This document shows, one piece after another, positions 48,041 to 61,965 of a DNA stretch of 64,000 nucleotides. The notes beneath the pieces are model-generated. The model worked only from the letters and a program-made list of their open reading frames with translations. It had not been told where the DNA came from and made no database searches. Every line of letters starts with the position of its first letter. Within the stretch, counting starts at the first letter, position 1. Position numbers and translations under genes: made by a program. Origin of the DNA: Hydrolagus colliei (taxonomy: Eukaryota); the NCBI GenBank assembly GCA_035084275.1, contig CM068743.1, positions 122,698,001 through 122,762,000 of the forward strand, read 5' to 3'.

Positions 48041-49019
48041 TTTTTAGAGGGAGGCAGGGACTTACTTGAGAAATAAGGATGTTAATGGATATGAAAAAAA
48101 AGGAAATGGAATTAAAGGATTTGCCATGATCTCATAAAATCTCGAAAGCTCCAAAATGTTGCTGCCCATGTTTTCACCTGGACCAAACTCTATATCATTC
48201 CTATCCTTGACAGCCTCCACTTTCATCCTGTCTCTCAACAGATCGATTTCAAGTTATTCAGCCTCGCCTATAAAATCCTTTCATTCTTCCACTTCCCTAT
48301 CTCTATGGCCTTATCCTACCCCAATCTATTTGCCCCCTCCATTCAGGACTCCTGTGCATACCTTATCTACAACACCGACAGTGGCCTTTGGCTATTGTGT
48401 CCCTAACTCTGAAACTCCCTCCTTCTACTCTTCTATTTTGCCCCTCTTTATCTTTAAATTCCACCTGTCAATCTACCCTATTCAAATGTGCCTTTGGTAT
48501 TTCGTTCTTTCTTGGAGGGGTCTTCCACTCAACATGTCTCTTGGACTATTGACTCCAGTGAACATACACTGTTGTTCTCTAAGAGTGTTTGGCATCTTTC
48601 TCCTCCATCTCCTCAGGATCTTAAATAATTAGAGACCAGTGTTTGGGGTAATCGATTAACTATCTAAGACAGTGTAATTTGAATTAAAAACTTGACAGAT
48701 TATTATCTGTGAATATATTTTTAAGAATTATTTTCTAATTTATGAACAGTGGATTCAAACAGGTCAGTAACTATTACGGCAGGGGAAGCAAAAGTAGACA
48801 ACCTGAGATTAGCTCTACACCCCACCTCCCACTCTCCTACAGCATCTAATGGTCAAACAAGCAAAACACAACAGTACATGGGATTTTGCTGTAAAACATT
48901 CAGTTACTCCATTTCACATTGTATCTTGTAAAGCGCTTTGGGACTTCCTCCTGACATGACAAGCGATTCACCAAATGCAAGGATTATAAGGATTATTATT
49001 GTTACTTATGAAACCCACA

Positions 49020-49190
49020 ACCTATACTGACCCCTAACCTCTGCCTTGCCCCCTATGTCAGTCCTTAAAAGCTTCTCCCTCCCAACATACCCCAGTTTTG
49101 ACGAAGGGTTGTGGACCAGACACATTGACTCACTTTGCTTTCTCCATAGTTGCAGCCTGATTTGGCTCCCAACGACTTCTCTTTTTGTTA
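49020..49190 (+). mobile_element. Penelope-like terminal fragment with mutated hammerhead
   Basis: Homologous to 27390-27545 in reverse; cagtt-ttgacga-agggttgtggacca-gacac-att-gact at 49093-49130. Confidence 0.75.
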
Positions 49191-52100
49191 CATGTACTGA
49201 CCAATTACAGTAATTCTCAATCATAAATATGTTTGATTCCAGCAGCTGAGAAACTATTATGCTCTATATAGTATTAATCAACAAATAAATAACTATACAA
49301 AAAGTCCCAGCAATATATTTATTCTGCTGTTTCTTTAATGTAGCTAATCATAAAAGCACAAACAATTTCTTTTTGAAGTTTGATTCATACATCCATTCCT
49401 CTGTGGTGTTACTGTTCGCTTATTTGGCGTTCATAGCCCACGACTTTCCGTCCATATTATCCATGCACCTTATAATGGAGTTTCTTCCAGGATCCTGGCC
49501 AACAATTTCCCAAGTAAAATTGTTCCTTCACTTGATGTCTGTTTGATGGACATATCTGTGCAAAAATTGGCAGCCATGTTTGCCCCAACTTATACAGTTG
49601 TTACACTTTACAATATATCCTGTGAAGAATTTTGAGACATCCTCCTGACATGAAAGGCATATCAAATTTAATGAATAATATTATTATTTTAAAGATCTTA
49701 TTGATGTCTTCTGTCAGTTGCCTTTCACTTTAGTGAATAATAGTTCAATGCTGGGACTGTCGGTGTTACGTGACATGTGGTCAATCTTCTCTGCAATGTG
49801 TCAATGTCAATGGTGCTCACAGGAGCACAGAATGGGGTTGGAAATGTGAGATCTGTAAAGGATTTTTAAGAAGCAAATCCTGCATGAATCTAATTGTATC
49901 CAGGCTGACCCACTGGAATGCCACTCAGCAATCCAACTTCAACTTCCTTGAAGCTGGACTTACTCAAGAAGGCTCCTGCTTGATGGCAGGCTGGCTGGCA
50001 GCAAATTCATAGCTGGCAAGAAATTCATAGCTGTCAGTGTGAGATACATCTAGTTACCTGTCGGATACACTTAACAGATCAATTTGTAGTACTATATCCC
50101 CCAAATTATTCAAAATGCACCCTTGACCCTAGGTTAAATAACCTATTTTATTAATAATTTAATGTTATTCAGATACAGTTAGTAATCGGTCACCTTGTTG
50201 CTCAGTTGCTTTACATTGGTAGGAAACATTTCAAGAAATCCTGGAGAACAACAACAAAATTACATTTGTATAGCACCTTTCATGTTGGGACTATATCCCA
50301 ACGATACTTTTCTCTTTTCCCCTTTTGCTGATGGTCACTTCTGCAAACATATTTTATGTTTCCTTTTCCAAGGTATATTAGCTTTTATCAACATTAAAAT
50401 TCATCAGCAGCTAATAAGCTAAAGTAGCACCTTTGACCACAATTTTTTATACTGTAAGAGATACCCTCATGCACATTCTTCAGAAGTAATGTGAACAGAG
50501 TGTTAAGGCCAGAACAGACTCTACTATAATGCCATTAATTACTACCCATCAAAAAGTTCCAGGAGGCAAACTTTGAAAGAGTTAATAATAATGATAAGAA
50601 TAAATAATAGCAATGCTTGCATTTGGTATAATAAGATGAGCCCTGGATGTGAAATGTGAAATTTTGCTAAATGGTTTTGTAAATCCAAATGAATTATATC
50701 CACAGGTTAGCTCCCATCTAATAATTTAATTATTTCCTCAAATAATTCCAGTTAGTCCTGAGCAATGAGCAATTGTTTGGCAAACATTGTTTGTTTGATA
50801 CAATAATACTGTACAAAGTAAATCACATCATGTGTGCATGACATCATTGAGACAAAAATAACTCCTGACTTTTCTGACTCTCCTACGATAACAACTAAAA
50901 TTTAATGTCACTTTTTGAGGATAATGCCCACTAAGAGGTAAGAATTTTGGAGAAAAGGTAATTGTTCCAAAATTCTGTAATTAAAACATTCAGCCCTGGT
51001 TCACAACCAGTGCTTTTTTTCTTGACTACATCATTGTTGATACCAATCTTAATAATCTTGTTGCCAGTGGGAAATAAGCCAGATGATTTAATAAAGGTCA
51101 AGTAGTTCTAAAGGTGGAAAATTACCATAATTTGTAAATTATCATTAATGGTTCAAATTACCACATTTAGTAAATTACCATTTGGGAATGTTGGCAGTTC
51201 TGTTTGTGGTATTCACTAAAAGTACATATGTACAACCGCCTTAACATAACTTAAAGGGTAATTTCTTCCTACAGGATTCTCTTTTTTTAAACACAGGATT
51301 ACTAAGTTCACAATCCTATTCCAAGCTATTATGATCTTCAGTATTTAGATCGTCAAACAATATTGAAAGATATTGCACATACGCTGAGAGCAGTGCAAGC
51401 AATTTATTCTTGTTCAGTACTTGTGAGATACTTCACTCAGAGCGCTCATCTCAATTAATGGCTAGTGGCCACACTAATGTGCGCAAGATTTTTTTTATCC
51501 CATCTCCTTAGCTGGGACAGATGTTTCATTAACACACATATAATTAACAAGATGTGCTAGTGTACCATATTTAAGTGCTGGGAATACATCATGTGCTCTG
51601 TTGTATTTAAAGGTCAGCTCACAGGGTTACAAAACAGCTTTTTAAAACAAATTAAAAACAAAACACAAGCAAATGCTCTTGGATGATTAACTATGGCTCT
51701 GCTACTATAGGTTAAAAAAAATTGCAAGGATTACGCAGGATTCACTTAGATGTTTTTTAAACTTCGGGTGCTATCCCTTTACATAGCAAATATTAGAATT
51801 TTCTAATTGTCATTTAACATTCCTGTGATTTCATCTGAATTGATAATATTTCAGGATTTTCTATATTCTTTTCCCTCTTACCCCTGAGGCCATTAAACAG
51901 TATTAATGCTGTCTTAGGACATCAGCATGGCCCAGTTGCTAACATTGTTGCTTCTAAATCAGAAGATTTGGTGAATAAAACTTCCTGTTGACACCTTATA
52001 AAGGTGATTTTCCAGTGCAGGGCAGGAGGAGACTCCCTTGCTTTGTCAGAGGTGCTGGGTTTCAGATGAGATAATAAACCACCCCACCATCAGTGGGTGA

Positions 52101-52582
52101 ACTTTTATACATTCTAAACCCATTCTCTCAATCTCCATCCCAGAGTACCTCTATCTCCTCCCTTCCCTGCTCATTTCAAATGCTGGCTCAAAACTTACTT
52201 GTTTGATCACGCTCGGTCATTTCTCCCCCTCCTCCGATACTGTTTAGCTCTCCATGCTGGCTTGGGTGTCCAGTAATAAGCACTCTGAGATACCGTCCGG
52301 ATTGAAGGGTGCTATATAAATGCTAGTTGTTGTTGTAATATCACCTTTTCAAAGAAAAACTGTGTAAATTGCTTCTAGACATCCTCCTGATGTGAAAGGT
52401 GTTATTTAAATATAAGTTGTATGCACTAAGATCCTATTTACCTCCAACTCATTGAAGCCAAAAAATATTGTTTCCAAAAGATTGCTGTAATGAAGTTAGA
52501 ATGTGTTCAAAATATTGTTTAAATCACTCTGAAATAAGTTTTGTATACAGTCCAAACATATTCTGTAGATTATTGAACAATT

Positions 52583-52952
52583 GGAGTCTGATAGCTTGGT
52601 GCTAAGAGCACTCATCTCACAAAGGAGAGGATCTGGGTTTGATAACTGGGCAGGGCGAAATGTTAGGCAAGTTTTCTTATTCCACTCGCCTCTGTTCACG
52701 TTGCAGTAAGTAGGAGCTCGGTTGTTAGTGGATTGGCAGATCACTTTGCAGGGGTAATATCCCTTGCAAAAATAATTACAATAAATTGGTCACTTAATCA
52801 ACAGAAGTAGAACACTTCTATGCATAATTTGCTGCCGCATTTCGGCCACAAAATATGCAGTTAATTCACTTTACAGTATATTCTGTGAAGCGCTTTGAAA
52901 CACCTTGAAGATAAGATAAGGTGCTATGTCAAATGCAAGAATTATTATTATG
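52583..52952 (+). mobile_element. tRNA/Deu SINE (long subfamily), diverged
   Basis: Head, central insert, Deu core and tail. Confidence 0.8.
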
Positions 52953-53354
52953 AATATTATCATTTGGGATATACGTGCATGCGATTGCCAGGAAGGTGGA
53001 AGGCAAACTAGATTGATCTTAGTCTTTTCTTGTCTAGCATGTCTTGTGTTCATATCTGCTGTTGCACAAATGTTGATGATCACATGGCACTTGAAAAGAG
53101 AAGGATTTTTTTTCTTGATCTCCTGACATACAATTGTCCAGATAAAATTTGTCATTGACTTCATGGCCAACGGTGTTCAATCCGACTGTTGAATTTGCCT
53201 ACAAATATCATGACTTTGCTTTGAGTTATCATAGGCAAGATCGAATGCAAGAATTATTTATATAAAAAGGTTTAGATTTGCATAACATTTCCTGCAAGCA
53301 AAATATACAGATAGTAATAACTACATGTGCTATCAAACACTAGCAAATTGAGTC

Positions 53355-53486
53355 TTTTTGACCGTGGTTTTGGTCACCTTCTTCCCCCTCCCGCTGGCTC
53401 GGCCCTGGGATCCTTTATTGGGAAGCGCTCTGAGACGCCATCCAGCATGGAGGGCGCTACATAAATCCAAGTTGTTGTTGTTGTTG
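53355..53486 (+). mobile_element. L2 family B 3' end
   Basis: gaagcgctctgagacgccatccagcatggagggcgct..(ttg)n. Confidence 0.85.
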
Positions 53487-53937
53487 AATGAATATGGCAC
53501 TATTTGAACACATCCAATATTAGTTTTTAAGCTTTAATGGTGCTCCACAGGTTACTAGACTTACTGGATGTGTCAGATTTCAGGAAGGTATGAAGGAAAA
53601 ATGAACCAAGTGATGTGGAGAAAAGAAAATGTGTAAAAGCCATGCAACTCAGAACTGAAGTGATATTTTATTCAACTCTTGTCATGTTGCACCATGACTC
53701 AAGTCAAACCTACACAGTTTTGTTTTTCACTATTGCAACAGGAAATACAAGTATCTTGGTATGTTTCATAACATCTGATTCAAATGTAACTTACAATTCA
53801 TAATTGTTTTAATTTAAACCACAATATATAGCATTGCTTATTCTCTGGCAAATTCAGATTAATTGGATTTAGAAACTGTTGTCCGGTCCTTTATATTGTT
53901 TCAGCTCAGTGTACTAAATTTCTCAATGTGCACTTTT

Positions 53938-54182
53938 AATAATACTAATCCTTGCATTTGATAAAGCGCTTTTCAAGTCTTCTAGATGTCTCAAAGCGTT
54001 TCACAGAATATACTGTAAAGTGAGCTGAATGTATAATTGTTGGTGAAATGCAGCAGCGAATTGCACACAGCAGTGTCCCACAAATAGTGAGGGAATGAGT
54101 GACCAAATTATTATTGTTTTTTGTTCTTGAGGGATTATTATCAGACATGTGAAATAAGGAAACTTGCCCAAGGTTTCGCCCT
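53938..54182 (-). mobile_element. 5'-truncated tRNA/Deu SINE
   Basis: Tail and Deu core; ends at aaggtttcgccc. Confidence 0.85.
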
Positions 54183-56999
54183 ATTATTCATTTTTATTAG
54201 TATTCCACATTACTATAACAGCAAACAGTGCAGAATAAGTTCCCAAATGGTTGGCTGTCTCCATCATATATTCCAGGAAACTCACAGCTATAACTATATG
54301 TTCATAATAGAAACTAAGGCTAGCATTAGATTTATTGCTTACCTCTATCCCTCTACATCATCCTCTGTCTACCTTCAAGTCCCACGTTGAATCCTACCCC
54401 ATTGATTGCCCCCACACCCACCCACCCCACACACATTGATCAGTATCCAATCTTTTCACGATGAAGCTCCGAGACTTATCCTATGTGAAGGATGCCATAT
54501 AAATGCAAGTTGTTATAGTATTACTATTTACTCAGACGCTGTCAGCATCAGCACTCAAACTCACCAGGCCAGTGAGGAACCTAACCATTTTGTTCGACCC
54601 TCAACTGTCCTTTCCCCCCCCACATCTGTACCATGACCTGCTTTGTCATCTCACACCTCAAACATTGCCTGATCCCTCAGGCTGCCTTCATTACATCCAG
54701 GCTCAACTATGCCAACACCTTACTCTACTGATCTCTCAGAGGAACAAATTCAAAATTCTTATTCTCACATTCATTACAGCAAAATAAACCACCACCAAAT
54801 TGGGCTTACTTTGGATTCTTATGTTTTGCCCCTAATAGTTAACTTTCTATACAAGTTTGGGGTGATAATTCAATTATACTTTAACAACCTAGGTGACATG
54901 ATCTTATTATTGAAATCCTATTATACTGTATACCTGAGGATTACAGGCTGGTGACAAGCTAGCCACTTTGCCTCATGGTTGTTCATCAGAAAATATAACA
55001 ATTATATTTCAAATATAGGCGTGAAAAAATTTAGAAAGTGTTCATAGAATCTTACGGCACAAAAGGAGCCATTCGGCCCATCGAGTCTGTGCCAGCCTTT
55101 GTGCTGATTATCACAACATGGGATATGCCTTTCATACTGAGGAATTCCAATTTTACTATTCCAATAGCACATCATTAGTAAATACAATGATGGTCTCAGC
55201 CCAGCCTAAATTCCCTATTAGTAGGCAACTCTTCATTAGACTATGCCACTTATATTGAAACCCAAGATATAACTGGTATGGGGAATTTAAGAAAAACAAA
55301 GTGAAATTGTATGGCCCCCGACTTTTTATGGCATCCTTCACATAGGATAAGTCTCAGATCTTTGGGAAGATGAGTTAGGATTCAAAATTAGTATTTAGTC
55401 AAAAGCTAATCAACTTTAAAAACTACTTACGTTTGGTCAGTATTCCCTAAACCAGCAGTGAAATGACTATGTTGTGGCTGGGATAATAACAATAGAAGGA
55501 GCAAAAGCATAGCCAGCTCAGTGGCTGCAGCGATCAGCTTTTGGCCAAAAAGTAGGGAAGCAGGGGAATGGATAACTCCTATCAGTTAGTGCTTGAATGG
55601 AATGTCCCTGGTTCACTAACCATACATCTTACACTGATTTCAAGTGGGTCTGATAAATGGAATACAGTATGGAGTTTGTGTAATACAATAAATAATTCCA
55701 CTCAGGGAATTATTGACTTAATCTCTTGTGAATCATCAAAACAACCCACATGTGGAATTATTTATCACATTGCTGTTTCTCTTATCCTTGCTCCACTGAA
55801 TCAGAACAATAGTACACACAGAAAGCACAATAGATCTGTCTTTTAAGTAACAATGGATCCAGGAGATGAGGAACCATCTGTATAACCAAGTCTCCACTGG
55901 TAATCCACAAAATAAAGCAATTGTGCCAGTTTGTGGTTACCGCTTAAACAAACTATTGTATCCACCAAGATCGCATCAAGGAACCAGATTCAGTGCAGTG
56001 GAAGCTAAGGCAATAATAGCAATAACATAACCAAGGCAATGATAAGAGCAATTTTGCAATATTTCCTACAGGGATTTCTTAATAAAGAAATCTTGAAGGC
56101 TGTGATGTCAATTCACAAGAAAGTTACAACTCAATCTAGTTTCCAAGCCAGCTTCTTCGTTTAGATGTTATGTGTGGTGCACTTCTCTGGTTACCGGAAT
56201 GTAGTTCAAAGTTCCTTCCACTTTTCTATTGGTGGTTAGACCTATAGCCTTTCTGCTCTGCACCCTCTGGAACTCTGGAACTCAATTCCAGAGCCCCTCT
56301 ACCGGGCCATATCCCTTGCTTCCATCAAGGCTCTCCAGGCCTTAATTTTCAATCAGGTCTTTGGTCATTTTCTTTCCTTCACCCAACTTGCCCTCGGCTC
56401 CACTTTGATCCCATTCAGCAGCTCAGCTGCAAATCCCTTATCATCCAGCGTCATGTGACATCCTCCCAACATGAAAGGTGCTATTTGAATGCATGCTATT
56501 ATTGTTGTTGTTTACCAATTACGTGGTTATTAGCTTGATACCACTCTTGCTTCTAGATTACACTGGGACTTTGAGCTGGCTGATAGACCAGGCTGACATC
56601 TGGTGCAGTGTTGGGGAAGCACGGGATGGTTGGACGTGTTGCCTTTTGGACAAGCCAAGTTCCTGCATGACTGTTCAGGTGAACTGTAAAGATCACATAA
56701 AATTATTCAAAAAGAAAAGGGAGTTTCTCAGACTATCCTGGCCAACAATTCTCATAAGAAATTGATCATTCACTTCATGGCTGTTTGTGTGGGCAAATTG
56801 GATGGCACATTTGCCTACAAATGTACAATAAGTACACTTGATAGAAAATAATGTATGAAGTTCTTTGAAATGTTTTGAAGTTGCAGGCACTGTATCAAGC
56901 TAAACTCTTTGCTCTGGTAAATACAGCATCTTAATATACATTTTATGTTGCCAATAACATGTGCCTTGATTTCTAAATGCATGATGAATCCTGTTTCTA

Positions 57000-57205
57000 A
57001 AAATGCACAGAACCCGTAAAGTAAACATGCTGGAAATGACTGCTGGTCTGCAGGTGGATCAATGTCTGAAAAAGAAGGGTTAAGTGTTGCATGTGACCCT
57101 TCATTAGGATCCACTCTCAAAGGCTTAGACCTGAGCCCTCCTGTTTCATAGATAATATTGACTGACCTTCTGGCATTGCTGAATTTCCATTGTGATTTAA
57201 GATTT
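57000..57205. mobile_element. Highly degenerate, apparently inverted pair of Penelope termini
   Basis: tgctggaaa..gacccttcattagg on one side and gactgaccttctgg..atttcc on the other; weak similarity to 27350-27480. Confidence 0.4.
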
Positions 57206-59665
57206 GTTGCATTTAATGTTTTTTTTCCATTCTCGCTCAGAAAGAGTGTCTTAATTTCGCAAGAACAGCAAACATCCAAAGTAAAAGAAAGTGAGAAAAC
57301 TCATTAACACAGCAAGTGTTTAGTGAATAGCAAGAAAGGTTTCCGCAGTTGCAGGAACTTTACAGAAAACTGCTAGATCTTAGCTACCAGATGGCCTGAT
57401 TTTTTGCTCTTCCAGCATATCCTTGGTAACTATCTTCTAAAGTAGCGGTCTTTACAGTTTCTCTATCATGCACCTGTCATACAGCTAAGATCACAACACT
57501 GGGTTTGGATGAAGCTCATCTGATCTCATCCAGAACACCTACCCTACCAGGAGGATGCTGAGACACGCCTTGAAGGAGGGAAGGACAGGATCAAAGTGAA
57601 GGGACTGTGGGGTGGAGTTCCAACATATAAGGGCAGAAAGGCCAGGTGGGTGGGAGGGGGGGCGGTCAGGTGGTGGGGGGTGGTCTGGTGGCAGCAGGCC
57701 ATCTTTTCTCAAGATGACGGCTCCCATACAGAGGGAGAGTAATGTAAAAGTAAAACAATTTGAAATTTGTAATATTGGTAATATATGTCTTTATTTCAAA
57801 ATAATACTTTAAATTTTACAAAATTTAAGATGTTGCTTTTAAAATTCTGTAGTTACTTCTTATCATTACACAAAATCTAATTCATAATTCACATTTATTT
57901 ACTGCCTTGAGGACGTCAGGGAAGTTTATGCTTGTAGGCTTAGTTGAGGAGGGGCAGGAGGAGGCTCATGTGGGATCTTGAACACTGGCATAGACAGTTG
58001 GGCTTCAATGGCCTGTTTCTGTGCAGTATATTCGCCATTGTATTCTAATACAGTTACAAGCAGGAAGAGAGGTAATAATATTGTCTATGGCTGCATAATC
58101 TTCGTTTGTTATCAATTCGGTCATTTTTTTCCTCCACAAACTCCCACCCGCAACCCTGGTGCCCATCCAGTACTATCAATTTTCTTTGGAATATCCTCCT
58201 GGTGTGAAAAGCTCTATGTAATAATAATCCTTCCGTTTGATAGAGTGCCTTATCACATCTTTGAGATGTTTCAAAGAGCTTCACAGGATATACTGTAGTG
58301 TGGATTGACTACATATTATGCGGGCCAAAAAATATAAATATAAATTGTATTGTAATAGACATAGCCCTAAAGAGCTGCAAAAATCAATTTTACATTGTTG
58401 TATCACATATTAGAACTCTACTGTTGGCAGCATGTGTACTCAGCCGTTCTTTACCACCAGCAGTAGTCATATTGAGACGCCGTCCGGCGTGGAGGGCGCT
58501 ATATAAATCAAAGTTGTTGAAGTTGTTGTTATTGCTCTGCTAGATACGGCTGGAAAATGAGCGTGCAGCTACTTGATTATTTTTAACCTGTTTTTCTGCC
58601 GACGGTGGAAAATAGCAGGAAGTAAACAGGTGGATTCTGTGTCAGGAACCCATTACCACTCACTTTAGTTCTTGCATGTTCCAATAATCCAAAATTTGTT
58701 GTTAGCAATTGGAATTCATTTGCTGTATTCATTATCACTAGTAGTAATAAAGAATACATCTTAATATTCTGATCAACAGCTTATCTAAAAAATACAGAAA
58801 CCCATCACTATGCTTAAGAATATTCAAATCAGACTGAGAGTTCCATGCGAGACATCACATGGAAATTCCCATGTGTGGAATGGAATACACACTAACTCTG
58901 GAGGGTTACACTCTACTGTGCCTAATTCCAGAGAGTATTAGGTGCAGGTTGACAGGAGTCAAGGATTGGGGACCACAGAATTTGTCTTTGGAAATCTAAC
59001 CAGCTAAAACCACGTAGCTTGCCATTAAAATTATCAATGACAACAACAACAACTTGCATTTATATAGCGCCCTCCACACTGGGTAGCACCTCAGCACGCT
59101 TAAAAGCCAGCACCACCTGACAAGCTTCCCACTGATGTGCACTTCGAACCACCCTATCTGTTAGGGCTTTGGCTTGTAGGGTTAACATCTTAAGAAATGG
59201 GTTTTAAAGTTCCTATTCGAAGTCCTCACCAGTGCTACTCTAACTCAAATAATTATCAATGGCATTTGGTTTCAAGGATGAGGAAGTATTTATCACTGTA
59301 ACTATGCTTTTGGTGTTACTTGTACAATTTCTAGCAAATCCTCAGCAAGGTGACAGGAGAGGTGTTAGCCCTGTCAGTAACATATACCGTACATATTTTT
59401 TCAAAATGTAGAATGTCTCTTATGTTATAGCCTCTTAACTTGGGGATACATATTCCACTGTATTTTAACCATATTATTGTCAGACTTGTCCCTAAATTCA
59501 AGGTTCTACAAAAGGTGCTTATTGAGTTTTTCTCAACTATCTCAGCATTTTGTCATCACGCCCTGAGATGCTGGAAGTACTAAAACAAGGATATGTTCTC
59601 TGTATTTTTATTGGTTGTTTCTTCCTTCTTAATAACAGGCAGTAACCAACCTTTATTCCTTATTA

Positions 59666-59872
59666 CAATAAAAGTCCATTTATCTGGCACCCTCAGAACC
59701 TGGCCAATGCCGGTTAAAGCGCGTGCCGGATATTCGGCTGAAAACACAATTAAAAAAAAAAAAATACATTGTGCCGGATAAATTCCGGTTAATCAAATGC
59801 GGACCTTTTTTTGAGGTGCCGGCTATACGGAAGTTACGGTTGATCTGGTCACGGATAAATTGGCTTTTACAG
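59666..59872. mobile_element. Short TcMar MITE of the same family as 31017-32336
   Basis: TIRs CAATAAAAGTCCATTTATC / GATAAATTGGCTTTTACAG; subterminal cctggccaatgccggttaaa matches ~32284-32303 in reverse. Confidence 0.85.
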
Positions 59873-59874
59873 GA

Positions 59875-60685
59875 CATAGAATTACATTGAATATATAGCA
59901 CAGAAACAGGCCCTTTGGCCCAACTGGTCTGTGGGGCTTTATGCTCCAAATGAGCCTCCTCTTGCTCTTCCTCAACTAAACCTATCAGCATAACCTTCTA
60001 GTCCTTTCTCCCTCATGTAACTTATCTAGTTTTCCCTTAAATGCATCTATGGTATTTGCCTCAATTACTCAGTGTTTTAGTAAGTTCCATATTCCCCTGG
60101 TATTTGGTCATCCCGCAAGTGGAAACATCTTCTCTGTGTCTACCCTATCAAACACTTCCATAATTTTAAATATCTTTATTAGGTCACCCCCCTCAGAGAG
60201 GTCACCCCCCTACAGAGAGGTCATTCCTCTCTTTTCAAGAGAAAAGAGTCCAATCTTGTTAAGCCTTTCCTGATAGGTATAACCTCATAGTTCTAGTATT
60301 ATCATTGTAAGTCTCCTTTGCACCTTCTCCAGCCCCTCTATATACTTTCTAGAATATGGGACCAGAACTGTCGTAGTACTCCAAGCGTGGTCTAACCAAG
60401 GTTTGAATTAAGTTTAGCGTAACATCTCAGCTTCTCATTTCTATCCCTCTAGAAATGAATCCCAATGCTTGGTTTGATTTTTTATGGCCTTATTAACCTG
60501 AGTCGCTACTTTTTAGCAATTTGTGTATCTGTGCCTCTGGATCCTTTTCCCCTCTACCCCATTTAGATTCTTATTTTCCAGACAGTATGTGGCTTCCTTA
60601 TTCCTCCTACCAAAATGTACCACCTCACACTTATTTATATTGAAATTTGGTTGTCAAATAAATGTCCATTCAGTAAGTTTATCTA
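59875..60685 (-). mobile_element. CR1 LINE 3' portion
   Basis: Tail acagaaacaggccctttggccca; accagaactgtcgtagtactccaag (LEY..QFW remnant); KCEVVHFGR. Confidence 0.88.
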
Positions 60686-61404
60686 CACTGCACTACACTT
60701 GTCTAAGTACACTGGAGGGCACTATATAGAATTAAGTTGTTGTTGAAGAGTGTACCAGGAGTTGAAACTGAGTAAAACTACCTCTGGTGAGTCACATAAC
60801 AACAACACCACCTTCGATTTATATAGCGCCCTCCGCATCTGACGGCATCTCAGCGCTTTAGAGCACATAACATTTATGATGTTAAAAATCCCAGGATACT
60901 ATTCCATAGAAGATCAGGGGTTGCCCCATGGCTCTGGGCAATTACTCTGGGCAATTGCTCTGGGCAATATTCACCGTCCATTTCAATTCATCCATTTCAA
61001 TTTAGCTGCGTTTCGCCCATAAATACGCAGTCAATTTTCCTACTCTTCTTCATCCTGCCCACCCTGCTTTTGTCCCTACCTAACTGTACAGCGCCTTGGG
61101 ACGTCCTCTTGACGTGAAAGGCACTATATAAATGTAAGTTTTGATTGATCGAAATCAGATTCAATTCTAGCCATTTTGAAATTTGCTATTTATAAGATGT
61201 TGATGGAGAAGATTAGATGCTACATTTGCTTTAATACCAACTCATTAGACCTCAAGTAACCCCTGTAAAGTACTTCAAGTCTGTTCAAAGTACTGTACTG
61301 TGTGCAATGTGTAGTAAGATGCTATGTGCCATGCACTTTTCATTATTTTAACCCCAGGTATCTATTGATATCTGCAGCTCCAGAGCCATAATGTTATATA
61401 TTCG

Positions 61405-61965
61405 TTTCTGTGTGTGTTGGACATATGATACAAATCCACAATGTGTATCCCACGAGAAAGTAAGCAAATTATGCTCACGGAAATCAGCGTAAATTCAAAC
61501 ACAGAAACATTGAATGCAAATGCGGCTTTTGTTGGTTTGCAGAATAAAGCCAAATAAAAATTTATACCGCATCTGCCAATTGTTCAACCCATCTGCATTA
61601 TCTACCTATACTACCTTCAGAATCTATCCCATGTCAAATCTAAACACTTATTCTGCATCCGGTATCTGCAATAAATGTTGTTCCCACTTGTAAAGGAATG
61701 CAGTATCTGATGTTTTCACATGATGGGTGATATTTGACCTGGGACAGATGCTGAAGGCAGTGCAGGTAGATGAGATGCAGATGAGGTGCAAGAAAAGGCA
61801 GATTCAGTATTAATTTTAACTTTGCATTAAATTGCAATGCAACCAAAGCAGTATTTGCATCAAAGGGTAGTATGTTGTGTTTTCTCTGCATAAATAATTT
61901 GCTTAATTTCTACTGAGATAAACAAATCAAATTTCGAGTCAGATCTGACCTCCACATGGACATCA
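61405..61965. repeat. Long imperfect inverted repeat (ancient foldback element)
   Basis: Left arm ~61405-61639 aligns to the reverse complement of 61732-~61965; ~90-bp spacer. Confidence 0.8.

Noticed and set aside
51055-51201. Possible small DNA transposon with repeated aattacca motifs
   Set aside because: Terminal inverted repeats too degenerate to support a call
55980-56010. 5S rRNA-like ggaagctaag
   Set aside because: Match is too short, with no surrounding 5S similarity
60181-61002. Short tandem duplications (~19-bp unit at 60181, 13-bp unit x3 at ~60932) as a CRISPR-like array
   Set aside because: Adjacent slippage duplications inside repeats, with no spacers, in a eukaryotic context
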